A stretch of 64,000 nt of DNA from Felis catus. Taxonomy: Eukaryota. Location of the stretch: positions 147,128,001 to 147,192,000 of the forward strand of contig NC_058368.1 of assembly GCF_018350175.1 (NCBI RefSeq), written 5' to 3'. The notes under the pieces are model-generated. The model worked only from the letters and a program-made list of their open reading frames with translations, did not search any database and was not told where the DNA came from. The position numbers and the translations under genes were made by a program. Of this stretch, positions 12,382 to 23,879 are shown in pieces. Numbering within the stretch: the stretch's first letter is position 1; each line of letters opens with the position of its first letter.

Positions 12382-13134
12382 CTGAAAGAAAATGAGAAGG
12401 TCTCCATGAGAAAAATAATGGATGACCCTGCAAGTTTTCTACGTTCATTTTGCAGAGGCAAGAGAAGATTGAGCTTAATGTTATTCATTTCCCCCAAGAG
12501 AAAGCATCTAAATCCAAAAAAAGGCTATAATCAGAACTAAATCTGGAAAAAAAATCGAAACACAAGATAGCCAATTCAGACTATTTTGTCGGAATATATT
12601 TTGGAAAAATTGAAAACAAGACAGATAATTCAAACCGCTTTTCGGTGATAGATGATTTTGCAAAATGAAAACTAGGCTGAAATGCCTTTTCCTGTCTCAT
12701 TACTGATAGCCTCATGACTATTCCCGTGTTTTCAACAGTTTCATTGTACCTTTAAAAAAGAACATTTTCTCACAAAATATATTTGGTTTTCTTTTATTTG
12801 TTTCCATAATGCTGCAAATGAAAATTCCCTCAGTACAAAGTCATTTTCACAAACTGCTCCAAAGGTGTATTTCAAACTGGACAGTATTTTGTTTTCTAAG
12901 AAATGTCTGTTAATCTTTGTCACTGATTCCTATAGCACTAACATGGCTTCTTCTGGATGTTGAGGAAGCTTATATTTACTCGATGTATACCATGTGTCAG
13001 GCACTGTGCAAGTATAGAATTTAAAGTAATAGATAATAGAAGAAAATAAGCTGATCCTAGCAAAAATCATTCCTGAACAAGTCTTATTATAAAAACTGCA
13101 TTTTGGTCATACTCAGTAACGTATAGTTTTGGAT

Positions 13135-13349
13135 TTTTTTTTTCAACGTTTATTTATTTTTTTTGGGACAGAGAGAGACACAGCATGAACAGGGGAGGGG
13201 CAGAGAGAGAGGGAGACACAGAATCGGAAACAGGCTCCAGGCTCTGAGCCATCAGCCCAGAGCCTGACGCGGGGCTCGAACTCAGGGACCACGAGATCGT
13301 GACCTGGCTGAAGTCAGACGCTTAACCGACTGCGCCACCCAGGCGCCCC
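13135..13349 (-). mobile_element. Young SINEC_Fc-type Can-SINE
   Basis: TSD tagttttggat at 13124-13134 and 13350-13360; CpGs largely intact. Confidence 0.96.
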
Positions 13350-13709
13350 TAGTTTTGGATATTTTTGAAAGATTTTCAGATCTGGCACATGTATCTTCAG
13401 GTATGACATGGTGTAAAATTTGGGTTTGTCTGTTACTAGGAAATTGTGTGTGTGTGCACGCACACACACACACACACACACAATTTCTCCAGGAAATGTA
13501 CACACCATTTCCCAATCTTGAATTGCAACTGTGACAAAATTCCATTCACAAAGCTCATAATAGGAAGCACGATTCTCTTATCATATTAGCAAATATTCCA
13601 TATGTATAATTATAACATTCTGACCGAGAAACACATAAGTTTGATCTTCAAGAAAGCCAAGATAAAAAAGAGGACTTCTCTAATCAAGGCCTCCATCTCT
13701 GTGTAATCT

Positions 13710-13910
13710 ACTGCTTCCCCACTTGCTCTCTGTATGGCCTTTTACCTATTATTTAACTACTTTATGCCTTAGTTTTTTCATCTGTAAAATGGTAGTAATA
13801 TAGAAACTACCTCAAAAAGTGTTCTAAGAAATTAGTTAATAAATATAAAGTATTTAGAAACAGTAGGCATATAGCTAACATTCAGTAAATGTTAGCTGTT
13901 TTTATTATTT
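13710..13910 (+). mobile_element. MIR SINE relic
   Basis: MIR core gccttagttttttcatctgtaaaatgg...ctacctca and 3' end cagtaaatgttagctg. Confidence 0.8.
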
Positions 13911-16658
13911 CCCTAAAGCTAATTCCAACAGATAACAACGTTAAGTCCCCAAATCAGCACAGCAGTGAGTACTAAATAATGGACCAGGATTGGTTGCATT
14001 TCCTGAAACTAGGCCATTTTTAAGTCTAAGGCTTTAAGAGAGGGGGCTTAGCACTCCTCATTGATAAATAATTCTTAACTACAACCCATTGCTTTCTGCT
14101 CTACTCAACCTAGATCACTTCCTTCTTGAGGCTCCTCCATGTTTGCCTTCACCTCCACCTTATAAGAAATGCCTTTGCCATGCAAACGTGGCAAAAACTC
14201 ACATGAAGGATTAGCCACTTGTGTGCCTAACACAAGTCTTGTTGGGTTTTAGGTGTAACAGATCTAGACCCTAAGTCTCAGGATAAAAATAGCTCCAAAT
14301 TCTAAATATTAGTTTTGGAGGAGAAAAATTTCATGACAAATCTCAAAGATTCTAGAAAGGTCCAAAGTCTTAATGACAAGCCATTTGTCTTCAGGCCATT
14401 TGAGGGTACCATGCCTTGCCTGCATTACAGATTTCTTACTTTTTTATTATGACCACCAACTCCCCCACAGCCACTCTGCCCTGATACTAGAGTCTTCATA
14501 AAACTCTTGGCTTACAGAAAGATACAAGGGGAAAGGTAGTTGTTTTTCTCATTTTGTGATATAATATTTAAAGTCTCAGATGGAAAAGGGATGCTTTTAC
14601 TCTAGTCATTTCTGCTTAGTCATAGAATTCATTTCGTATCTACTCTGTTGTCTAGTATCTAGCCCAGAGTAAGTGCTGAATAATTTGTTCAAAGAATGGA
14701 TGAATGAATGAATGAGTTCCTCCTCTAATTATAGTCATGATTCATTTCATTCTAACCATCTTAAATCATATCTCTTTCAGAGAATTTAGGGGATTTTCTT
14801 TTTCAAGTGTCTGGGAAAAGATTAACTATTGATCTTCTAGGCAAGCTGAGAGAGCTCCTAACAGTTTATTGGGTACAAAAAAGGAAGCCTTGTGCTTTAC
14901 AGTGTTGCAGTGGATTGTGGCAAATAGTTTGGCCCATTATATTACTGTTTATTTACAAGTGTTAGAGCTAATCTCCCTGCCAATTTGCCTCACACTGCAA
15001 AATTTCCTTCTCATCCACATGATTTCACATATATAGATTAATTAACACTTTGACCAGAATGGATGGCACCTGAACAAAATGAAGCATTAACAAAGACATT
15101 GATTATCTCTATAGTGAAGTGCCCTAGCTTTTAAAAGCATCCATTGAAAGATAGTATCCTCCGCTTGCAAGTTTGAAGTCAATTTGTGGGGTGGGGAGAC
15201 GGGGTTTGGCTTCTTTTTAAGAACATAAAGTCTGTAACGTGTCAGGTGTAGACTCCTATAAAAACTGAAAGTCACATATATTTATACGTTGGGGGTTTAA
15301 CTGTGCCATCTAAGAGACACTGACCCTCATGAATCAAGAGACTGGAAAATTGGGGAAGGTGATTGTTAAACAACTAAAAACCATGGGGCTTGGCTTCTTC
15401 TTGATTGCTTTATGATGAATGACTTAGGGATGACATTGGCTTGTGATGATAGAGTGACATGTAATATAAACACTACACAGCAATTATTCTGTTGAGATTT
15501 CTGGCAGTCAATAAGCTGGTTTGAATTACCAAAATAAAGAAAACATCACTGTTAGGATAATTAATAGAACTAAAACCGTATGTTGGTTGCTTTATAAGGG
15601 ACATCCATATATAGTATGAAAATGTAATTCTTAAAATAGATTCCCGGCCAAATGTCTCTAATTCCTTTAAGTGTAGTGGGTTCAGTTAAAGTTTGGCTGT
15701 TTTTAATAATAACTTTTATTTGCTTAAAAAAATCATTCCTTTTCTCCATATCACAAATAAACCTAAGAAGGGAAACAGATATAAAGCATATGTTTTAACG
15801 TCCGTGCAACCTTTTGAAATGAATGAAAAGCTCTCAGTTGTCCATTTGGAAAGATGGATCCTCCTATTTTTGACTTAGTGGCATTATTGTAAGTTGATAA
15901 AGTCTTTCATGCTAAAAAGTAGGGCAAATGTGAATTTTTGATTTGGCTTTCTACAGAACAGTTGTTTGAACAAAATAATCTCAGGCCATAGTGGCAAAGG
16001 TCATTTTTAAATGTTGATGCTAGAAATACAAAGAACAACTACCCAAAATACAGCACAGTGATATGCCTAGACAAGGTTTTCTGTTTAGCTCAGAATCTAG
16101 CTATATTGAAATGGGACCACTGTGAGATCTACACATTAAGTCTTCATCTTTGTATCTAGTAGTGATGCTCCTGGAAGACAAGAATTATTTAACTCTGAGT
16201 CCTTTGATAGATTTATCTTTGAGCTGGATAATCACTGTTTGTACAATAAGCAGGTTGCTAGATAAGAATGATAAAGAATGAATTTATAGTAGCTATCTTA
16301 TTTGTGAAGTATTATCTCCCTGGGAGGAATGATAAATTTACATGTTTCATAAAACCTAAACAAAACAAAATAAAACCAAGTTCTTATGGTGGATGGACAA
16401 AGATAAAGCTTACTTTTCTATGCCATAGAGCCTCAGCATAACTGCAATTTATGAGGTCAGGCAGATTCCAGTTTATACTGAACTTTCATCACAAAACATA
16501 AATCATAGTTACTACTAAACACAGGACACATTTAAATTTGACAAAAGTTTCCAGTGAGAATTGTTGTACTTTCTTCCACCAAAGAAATACACTGCTCCTT
16601 CTACATTAATTTCATTTTGTAGCAAGTTTTAGAACTTGTTGATGCTACATGCACGCGA

Positions 16659-16662
16659 GCAT

Positions 16663-16701
<39 letters not shown>
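16659..16701. repeat. Compound alternating purine-pyrimidine tract (CG)n(CA)n
   Basis: gcatgcgtgcgcgcgcgcacacaca... read directly. Confidence 0.95.
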
Positions 16702-16848
16702 GGCTGTTTCTAAATGACATCTAGACATTTTGTAGCAAAAATGAATGTTCATGAGTGTTGGAAAATAGAAAATTAGTAACAGACTACATACAAATATGTG
16801 GGTTTTTTTTCTTTACAGAAAATACAGAAAAAGAAATTTGAGACTCAC

Positions 16849-16993
16849 CGGATAGTTCACATCCAAGAAGTTCCATTCTCAAAGTGCAATGTCTTCGACA
16901 AACTTGGGGATAGAGTCTTACATACTGAGCTTTTATGGGAGGTGTGAAAGAGTTAGCATAAGGTGTGTTGTTATCAACATTTCCACGAAACAC
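16849..16993 (-). CDS. EDIL3: EDIL3 coding exon 8 (145 nt, phase 0 to 1), C-terminal part of discoidin domain C1
   Basis: Acceptor ttacacag|GTG and donor TCCG|gtgagt. Encodes [48 protein letters not shown]. Confidence 0.97.
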
Positions 16994-17933
16994 CTGTGTA
17001 AAGAGATAATATAGAGTTTAAAATGATTGACTACAGCAGCTTCTTTTCCTATTTTCAAATACTGACCCTTTATCCTACCCAATGTAATCTTTCAAAAACT
17101 GGATTAAGTAATTTGGGGATCTGAAGCATTTAGGAATCACCTTGCCGTCAGCAGTGAATATAAAATCTATAGATAAAATCCTAATTAAAGCTATAAACCA
17201 CTGTGGTTCATGGTATAATCTATACTCTACTATGATGGTCTTGTCGATTTTAAGGCCAGTCCTTTAGAGCCAGGGGAGTGCTTCTTTATTTTTTTGAGAA
17301 ATGGGCACCTTAAACTTTTCACCTTAATCTGGGTCTATCCATTCATGCTGCTACTTAGTATTTATAGGTTTGTGGGGTTTGTTTGCTTTTTTTTGTTTTA
17401 TTGTGGTTTTTTTTTGTTTGTTTGTTTTTTTTGTAGGAACCAGTCTTCACTAGTGTTACTGGATCACTCAGTCTCTCTAAAGCTATGATGAGACTTGTGA
17501 TGCTTCATGGTCTGATTCCTCAAGATTACTTTCTTATCAGTCAGTCCCAGACCACTGGATGAGAGAATCGTAAGTTTTTTATATGTATCTCCAGTGAAAA
17601 ACAGTGTTTCCCTCTAAAAATTAAATGCTAAAATGTGTTATTTTTAATTCGTTTAAATCCCATTCTTGTTTTACTTTTTTATATAGCCTGGTAATCAGAA
17701 AACTTTATTTAAATTCATTAAAGAAATTTTAAAAAATCTTTCAGAAAATTTATCAGAGTGTAGTTTAGTGATTTTGTTTTAAATGGAATGAGGTGCAGTC
17801 CTGATATTTTTAAGATTAAAAATTTTGAGGAAAACTGATAAAAAATTGGGACTATCATGTGAAAAGGTAAAGTATACACTGAATATTAAGGCAAAGTATA
17901 CACTGAATATTATATTCATTTCCTCTAAAATAT

Positions 17934-18141
17934 ATATATATATATTTTTATTTTTTGGGACAGAGAGAGACAGAGCATGAACGGGGGAGGGGCAGAGAGA
18001 GAGGGAGACACAGAATCGGAAACAGACTCCAGGCTCTGAGCCATCAGCCCAGAGCCCGACGCGGGGCTCGAACTCACGGACCGCGAGATCGTGACCTGGC
18101 TGAAGTCGGATGCTTAACCGACTGCGCCACCCAGGCGCCCC
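17934..18141 (-). mobile_element. Young SINEC_Fc-type Can-SINE in intron 7
   Basis: TSD tcctctaaaatat at 17921-17933 and 18142-18154; CpG-rich. Confidence 0.96.
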
Positions 18142-18608
18142 TCCTCTAAAATATTTTATTCTGCTAAATAACAAAACTGCCTTCTAATATAAAAGTATAC
18201 AAACATACATTTTTTTAATTTAAAATAGTATTTTTTTCTTTAAAAATAGTAATTTTGATCTGTACTTATTTGATTAAGGAGAGTGCTAATCTGTGAAAAA
18301 CCATAAAATGAAATTTTTATTTTAATTAAAGTAAAAATTAACTGTTCTATACAGGACTTTGCGATATTGTGATAAACTGTTTACACAGCCACCAATTAAA
18401 ATCTGAGAAGATCGTAAATAGTAGCAAGTGTACATATATTACTTGGAAAAATTCCTTACACCCTACACCCTACTAATCCAATTAAAATCATAAATGTATT
18501 TGCAACAACATAAAACATAAGGAGCCTGTTAAAGACTAAGTAAGTATTTGGCAATCAATGATTATTAACGGTATTTACTTTTAAAGGAAATATTTAAATC
18601 AGTCTTAC

Positions 18609-18764
18609 CATATCTTCATTAGTGCCTTTTACTTTGTACATCGCCCAAGTTTTTCCATCATTACTATAGGCAATTTTGTAGGATTTTATATACTCTGGAC
18701 TTCCAATCCTCTTGGCTCCTTGGGTAATAACACCAGTAACTCTCATTTTTCTTTGTAAATTTAT
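18609..18764 (-). CDS. EDIL3: EDIL3 coding exon 7 (156 nt, phase 0 to 0), middle of discoidin domain C1
   Basis: Acceptor ctcctcag|ATA and donor ATG|gtaaga. Encodes [52 protein letters not shown]. Confidence 0.97.
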
Positions 18765-19402
18765 CTGAGGAGACAAGACATAACAGTAATTTCATTTCTT
18801 TTAAGATGACAATATTGACAATATCAATTTTGGGAATGGGACATTTTCATTTATTAGTATAGATTTAAAATAACACAAAAAGCTAATAATTTTCTTATGT
18901 TTTTTTCACCTGATTATTAAGTATATGTCAACCTCAGTTTCAAAATCTTTCCTTAACAGAATACATTTTTTTAAGTAAGCAATATTTGTGAATAAAGTTT
19001 GAAAAGGGCAATGTGTCTCCAAAATATAAGAAACATTTGCTTGGTTATGATATGGAGGTATGATTTTGTAACCTAAAAAATGGAAATATTATCTTGTCAA
19101 AATTACCTCAGTGACATTACTCTGAAACAGTAATGTCACCATAATTTAATGTGTCTCAAATTCTTTCAGCTTCAACAAATCCATGTAAAATGAAACATGA
19201 AAACTGTCAGGAGATCTTTGAATACTAGAATAAAAAAGGGTAAAGGTAACAGTAAAGATAAAAAACAAACAAAAAAAGAGCAAACAATTATCTTCATATA
19301 AGGATCTTCAGGATCCTTATAGTGTAGTCTCTGCTATGTGTTACGGATGGTTTTTCAACACATAGTTGCTTTCCTCTTCATTTCATCTTATAGAGACTTT
19401 CT

Positions 19403-19451
19403 CTTTTTTTTATGATTTTATTTTAGAAAGAGGAAGTATGCAAGAAGGGGG

Positions 19452-19516
<65 letters not shown>

Positions 19517-19633
19517 TCTGAAGTAGGCTCAGCACAGAGCCCTATGTGGGGGTAGATTCCACAACCCTGGGATCATGACCTGAGCTGAAATCAATAATCT
19601 GATCCTCAACCAACTGAGCTATCCAGGCACACC
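19403..19633 (-). mobile_element. Older Can-SINE with long (GA)n tract
   Basis: gatcatgacctgagctgaaatc...ctgagctatccaggcac, with a degenerate TSD. Confidence 0.88.
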
Positions 19634-20129
19634 ATTATGAAGGCTTTCTAACTGGAATTTTCTCTCCGTATTTTCTCCTGATTCCAAATCACCTTAGAAT
19701 AGTTTGCTGCAAAAGTAACAGTCATCTAATAAAAATTTTAATATTGTTTTCAAATTTAAATAGGGAGCTCCTTTTGACATTCAATGTATAAATAAATGCT
19801 AGACAAAGGTAAGAAAAGTTTTTACATACAGGGCAAACATTAAGAATTGTTCCATTCACTTTAAAATGCCCTTATGATGTCTATAAAATCTTACAGTCAT
19901 TAGAAAGGTACTGCCTCACTGTCCTTGAGGGAATGCTATAAGCTCTCTCTCACCAATCACATTATCCTATAATATTGAGTTAATAATTCAGATCCCATTT
20001 TCCAAAGAAAAACAGAAAATCTTCAGATTCATGTAAGTGACCAGTGTTTGTCACCCTCTGATGAGACTAAGAGTTAACATTTGAAATGGTAGAGGATGTG
20101 CACAAGGAAACCAGCTCCTCTTTAAATCA

Positions 20130-20131
<2 letters not shown>

Positions 20132-20173
<42 letters not shown>
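20132..20173. repeat. (CA)n microsatellite
   Basis: Direct reading of the sequence. Confidence 0.95.
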
Positions 20174-20175
<2 letters not shown>

Positions 20176-20229
20176 TATTCTAAATATAGATTCATGTTAC
20201 ATATTCAAAAAAGTTAAAAATGAGAACTA

Positions 20230-20717
20230 AGACAATAGCCAAATTATGGAAAGAGCCTAAATGTCCATCAATTGATGAATAGATAGAGAAATTGTGGTTT
20301 ATATACACAATGGAATACTACTTGGCAATGAGAAAGAATGAAATATGGCCTTTTGTAGCAACGTGGATGGAACTGGAGAGTGTTATGCTAAGTGAAATAA
20401 GTCAGGCAGAGAAAGACAGATACTATGGGTTTTCACACTCGTGTGGATCCTGAGAAACTTAAGAGAAGACCATGGGGGAGGGGAAGGGGGAAAAAGTTAC
20501 AGAGAGGGAAGGAGGCAAACGATAAGAGACTCTTAAAAACTGAGAATAAACTGAGGATTGATGGGGGTGGGAGGGCGGGGAAAGTGGGTGATGGGCATTG
20601 AAGAGCGCACCTGTTGGGATGAACACTGGGTGTTGTATGCAAACCAATCTGAAAATAAATTTCATATTAAAAATAAATAAAATAAAATAAAATAAAATAA
20701 AATACAATACAATAAAA
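20230..20717 (+). mobile_element. 5'-truncated felid L1 (ORF2 C-terminus plus 3' UTR)
   Basis: acaatagccaaattatggaaagagcctaaatgtcc...gcaacgtggatggaactggag, G-rich 3' UTR and (TAAAA)n tail. Closely similar to 53277-53700. Confidence 0.92.
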
Positions 20718-21949
20718 AGAATAGGTAACCTCCAAAAGACACTTTGTTTCAGTGTATTAGGTAAATTAGCACATTGCTGTGGAAGAGGAACATTCTTCCA
20801 GTATCTTATGTATCGTCTTCTTTTTCTTTAATCTGAGACTCTTCATAGTCTACACCTTCTAATATATACAACGTAAAGAGTGGACACTTTGAATCATATT
20901 TTCTCCCATTTTGGAAGCCAAATTCCACCCTTGATATAGCTGAACATTCCTTTTCAATTATCTTTTATCTTGTTTCAATTATCTTGTTTATACCTCTTAT
21001 AGACAGCCCAATTATCTCTGCTAGAGTTTTGGCTGATGAGCTGTAGACTAATTTTCTAAAGCTTAAATTGTGGAAGTATAACAATCCAAAAATTTGCGTA
21101 CATGTTTCTCTCTAAGTCATTCAAAATGATGTTTTAAAAGATTCCTATTTGCTTTAACATTTACAAGCTCTGAGTGTAAATCTCAGCGAGTTGGTATTCC
21201 AGATAATAAAGCAGCACACAACTTGCACTGTATCTACTTTTAGTAGGTATTTGTAATTAAATATCAGTGCTATTTCCATTCAATAAGAAGTGTATAGAAT
21301 GCAGATTCTGGGATTATTAACATTTACTAGGTTTTAGACTTTTGTGTTCTCATATACCTAGCACTGTTAAGCTCAGATAATGAGAGACTCGGTATAAGAT
21401 GGCTAAGATTTCACTCTCATGGTCACACTCCAAATTAATACCTGGAGTCATGTTGCTGTCAGAAATAAAATGAGCCTTGGAAGAAGGCTATCGCATGATG
21501 TTTGAAACATCACCACACAATTCACTGCAAGAAATCGCCTTTCATATCATTCCAATATTGTTACAGTCTCTTTGTGAAATAAAATTGGCTAAAAGGTGAA
21601 CTGCTTCTTATTCTGTTTATTCTGCTTGTATGAACCACCCCAGACACCAAAAGTCTGCTGGGGATTCCAAATTTACATTCCAGAATTCCAAAATGACTCC
21701 CTGAGCTTGATGGATGTTCAAATATAGAATGAAATATTTTCACTTATTTATCTGGTTTCAGAGATATTGTTGCTCTTCTGGGAGGTAGGTAGATTGCATG
21801 GCCTTAAACAAAAATGTATTCTAAGGTATTTTGAGTGAATAGTGTCCCCTGCATTAATAAAAATATTGAGAAACATAATCTGGATCTAGAATGCCTAGAA
21901 CTCATGCAAAGGCCAGCCAGAGGCTAAAAATGGACTGATGATTTCAACC

Positions 21950-22120
21950 CTGGCTCTTGTCAGTTCCCACCAATATAATCTTGGACAACTTGTCTAAGTT
22001 TTTTGAAATTTAATTTCCTCCTGTGTGAAGGGATTTTAATAGAATTATTACACATGAAGATTATATGATGTAATGCATGTAAAATTTAATAACACCTGCC
22101 ACCTAGAAAACTTTTGGAAC
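21950..22120 (+). mobile_element. MIR relic
   Basis: atcttggacaacttgtctaag...aatttcctcctgtgtgaaggg...taatgcatgtaaa, a MIR core-like stretch. Confidence 0.6.
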
Positions 22121-23232
22121 ATTTGCTTTTAGAGTTAATTTTTAGTTTTTGTTGTTGTTATTTAAATGAAAAGCATTCCTTTGTTTGTTTTCTACCCTTA
22201 ACTATTTGGTGTTAGGGAATTTGGACTTCAAGAGGTATACTCTATGTATTAAAGCTGATAATCATAATAAGCATATGAAATAATTTGGAAACAACTTCCT
22301 AAGCTATGAACTTGATAAGACATTTAGGGCTACTATGTTTAAATTGTGTGTGTGAGTGAGTGAGTGTGTGTGTGTGTGTGTGTATGTGTGTGTGTGTGTG
22401 TGTATGAATCTAACCATTAGCTTCAACATGGGGTAAAAAGGAAACTTAACGGGTTCCTGACACGATAGAAAGAACAGGGGATACTGGCTCTCTCCGGCAC
22501 TGGAGATACTCCAGGGTAGAAAGTTGCTGAGTAGGCACTGAGACTTATCAAACTCTAATACAAAAAACCATGAAAAGCCCTTAGCATAATAGGAGCTTTT
22601 GACGTCCCCGTGTATGTCTTTGTGTCTGGGATGCACGAAAGAGAATTCCAAGGGCTGTGATGGGTAAGAGGCTTGGGAAGAGCTTTCTAAAATATGCCAT
22701 TTCTCACTCTCATTTTCTTGTTCCTTCTCGATTTACCCAGTTCCAGTCTACTACCAGCAGGAGGAAGTGGTAAAATGTGGGCCAGACTGGAACACAGAGC
22801 CTATGGTCACTAATAGGCCTGAGCAGTTCCCCTTCTACACTCCACATCCCTGTCTCCTCACTAAGGAGGTAAAACAGAGTGATGGAGATCCTGACAAAAG
22901 CAGTGTCTGGGGCAAATGAGGCAGGGAGAAGAGAGATTAGGCGTAAGTACATATTATAGCTCTGTCATTAGACACCCTGTATGTACCAACTCAGTCCACC
23001 TGGAGTAGTTGAAATTAGGGCATGGACTTCACCTTGTCCTCCAGGTACATCACTAGCCAAAATATTAATACAAACTCTCTGAGAAATGCAAGCATTATAA
23101 TTCAAAGAAGAAGAAGAAAAAAGAACAGAAAATACTAGAAAAAAAGTAATCTAATAGAACTGACAGGTTAAGATTTTAAAATAAAAAAAAATCCCTACAA
23201 AGATAAAGACATTTTTGAAACATATTACTGGT

Positions 23233-23440
23233 GGGGCGCCTGGGTGTCTCAGTCGGGTGAGTGTCCAACTTCGGCTCAGGTCATGATCTCATGGTTTGTG
23301 AGTTCAAATCCCACATTGATCTTACTCCTGTCAGCCTGTCAGCACAGACCCCTCTTTGAATCCTCTGTGTCCCTCTCTTTCTGCCCTTTCCCCACTCATG
23401 TGTACTCTCTGACTCAAAAATAAATAGACATTAAAAAATA
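23233..23440 (+). mobile_element. Can-SINE
   Basis: Head ggggcgcctgggtgtctcagtcgg and A-tail. Confidence 0.92.
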
Positions 23441-23506
23441 TAAGAAATAGAAGACTGGAACAAAAAAGAATCAACTTGAAATACTGATTTTAAAAAATAT
23501 AATTAA

Positions 23507-23722
23507 GGGGTGCCTGGGTGGCTCATCAGTTAAGCAACCAACTCTTGATCTCAGCTCAAGTCATGATCTCACAGTTCGTGAGTTCAAGCCCCCATCGGGC
23601 TCTGTGCTGATGGTGTGAAGCCTGCTTGCAATTCTCTCTCCTTCTCTCTGCCTCTCCCCTGCTTGTGCTGTCTCTCTCTCTCTCTCTCTCAATAAATAAC
23701 TAAACATAAAAAAAAATAAGAA
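23507..23722 (+). mobile_element. Can-SINE, tandem to the previous copy
   Basis: Head ggggtgcctgggtggctca; taaaaatataattaa on both flanks. Confidence 0.92.
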
Positions 23723-23879
23723 TAAAAATATAATTAAAGTTAAAAAGAGTTTAAAATGAAGTTAATTAAGGTTCCCAATGGGGTGATTTCAAGCCAAAGA
23801 CAGAGCTGTAGAATAAACTAGTGAACACAAGACAGGTTATGGAACCCCTTCCAGAAGGCAATAGGATGGGATAGAGAGA

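Noticed and set aside
16849..16993. GNVDNN versus recalled human GNIDNN in exon 8
   Set aside because: A conservative I/V difference, likely ordinary interspecies variation.
19297..19321. Hairpin tataaggatc-ttcag-gatccttata
   Set aside because: A 10-bp stem is expected by chance in 64 kb of AT-rich DNA and is too short for a pre-miRNA.
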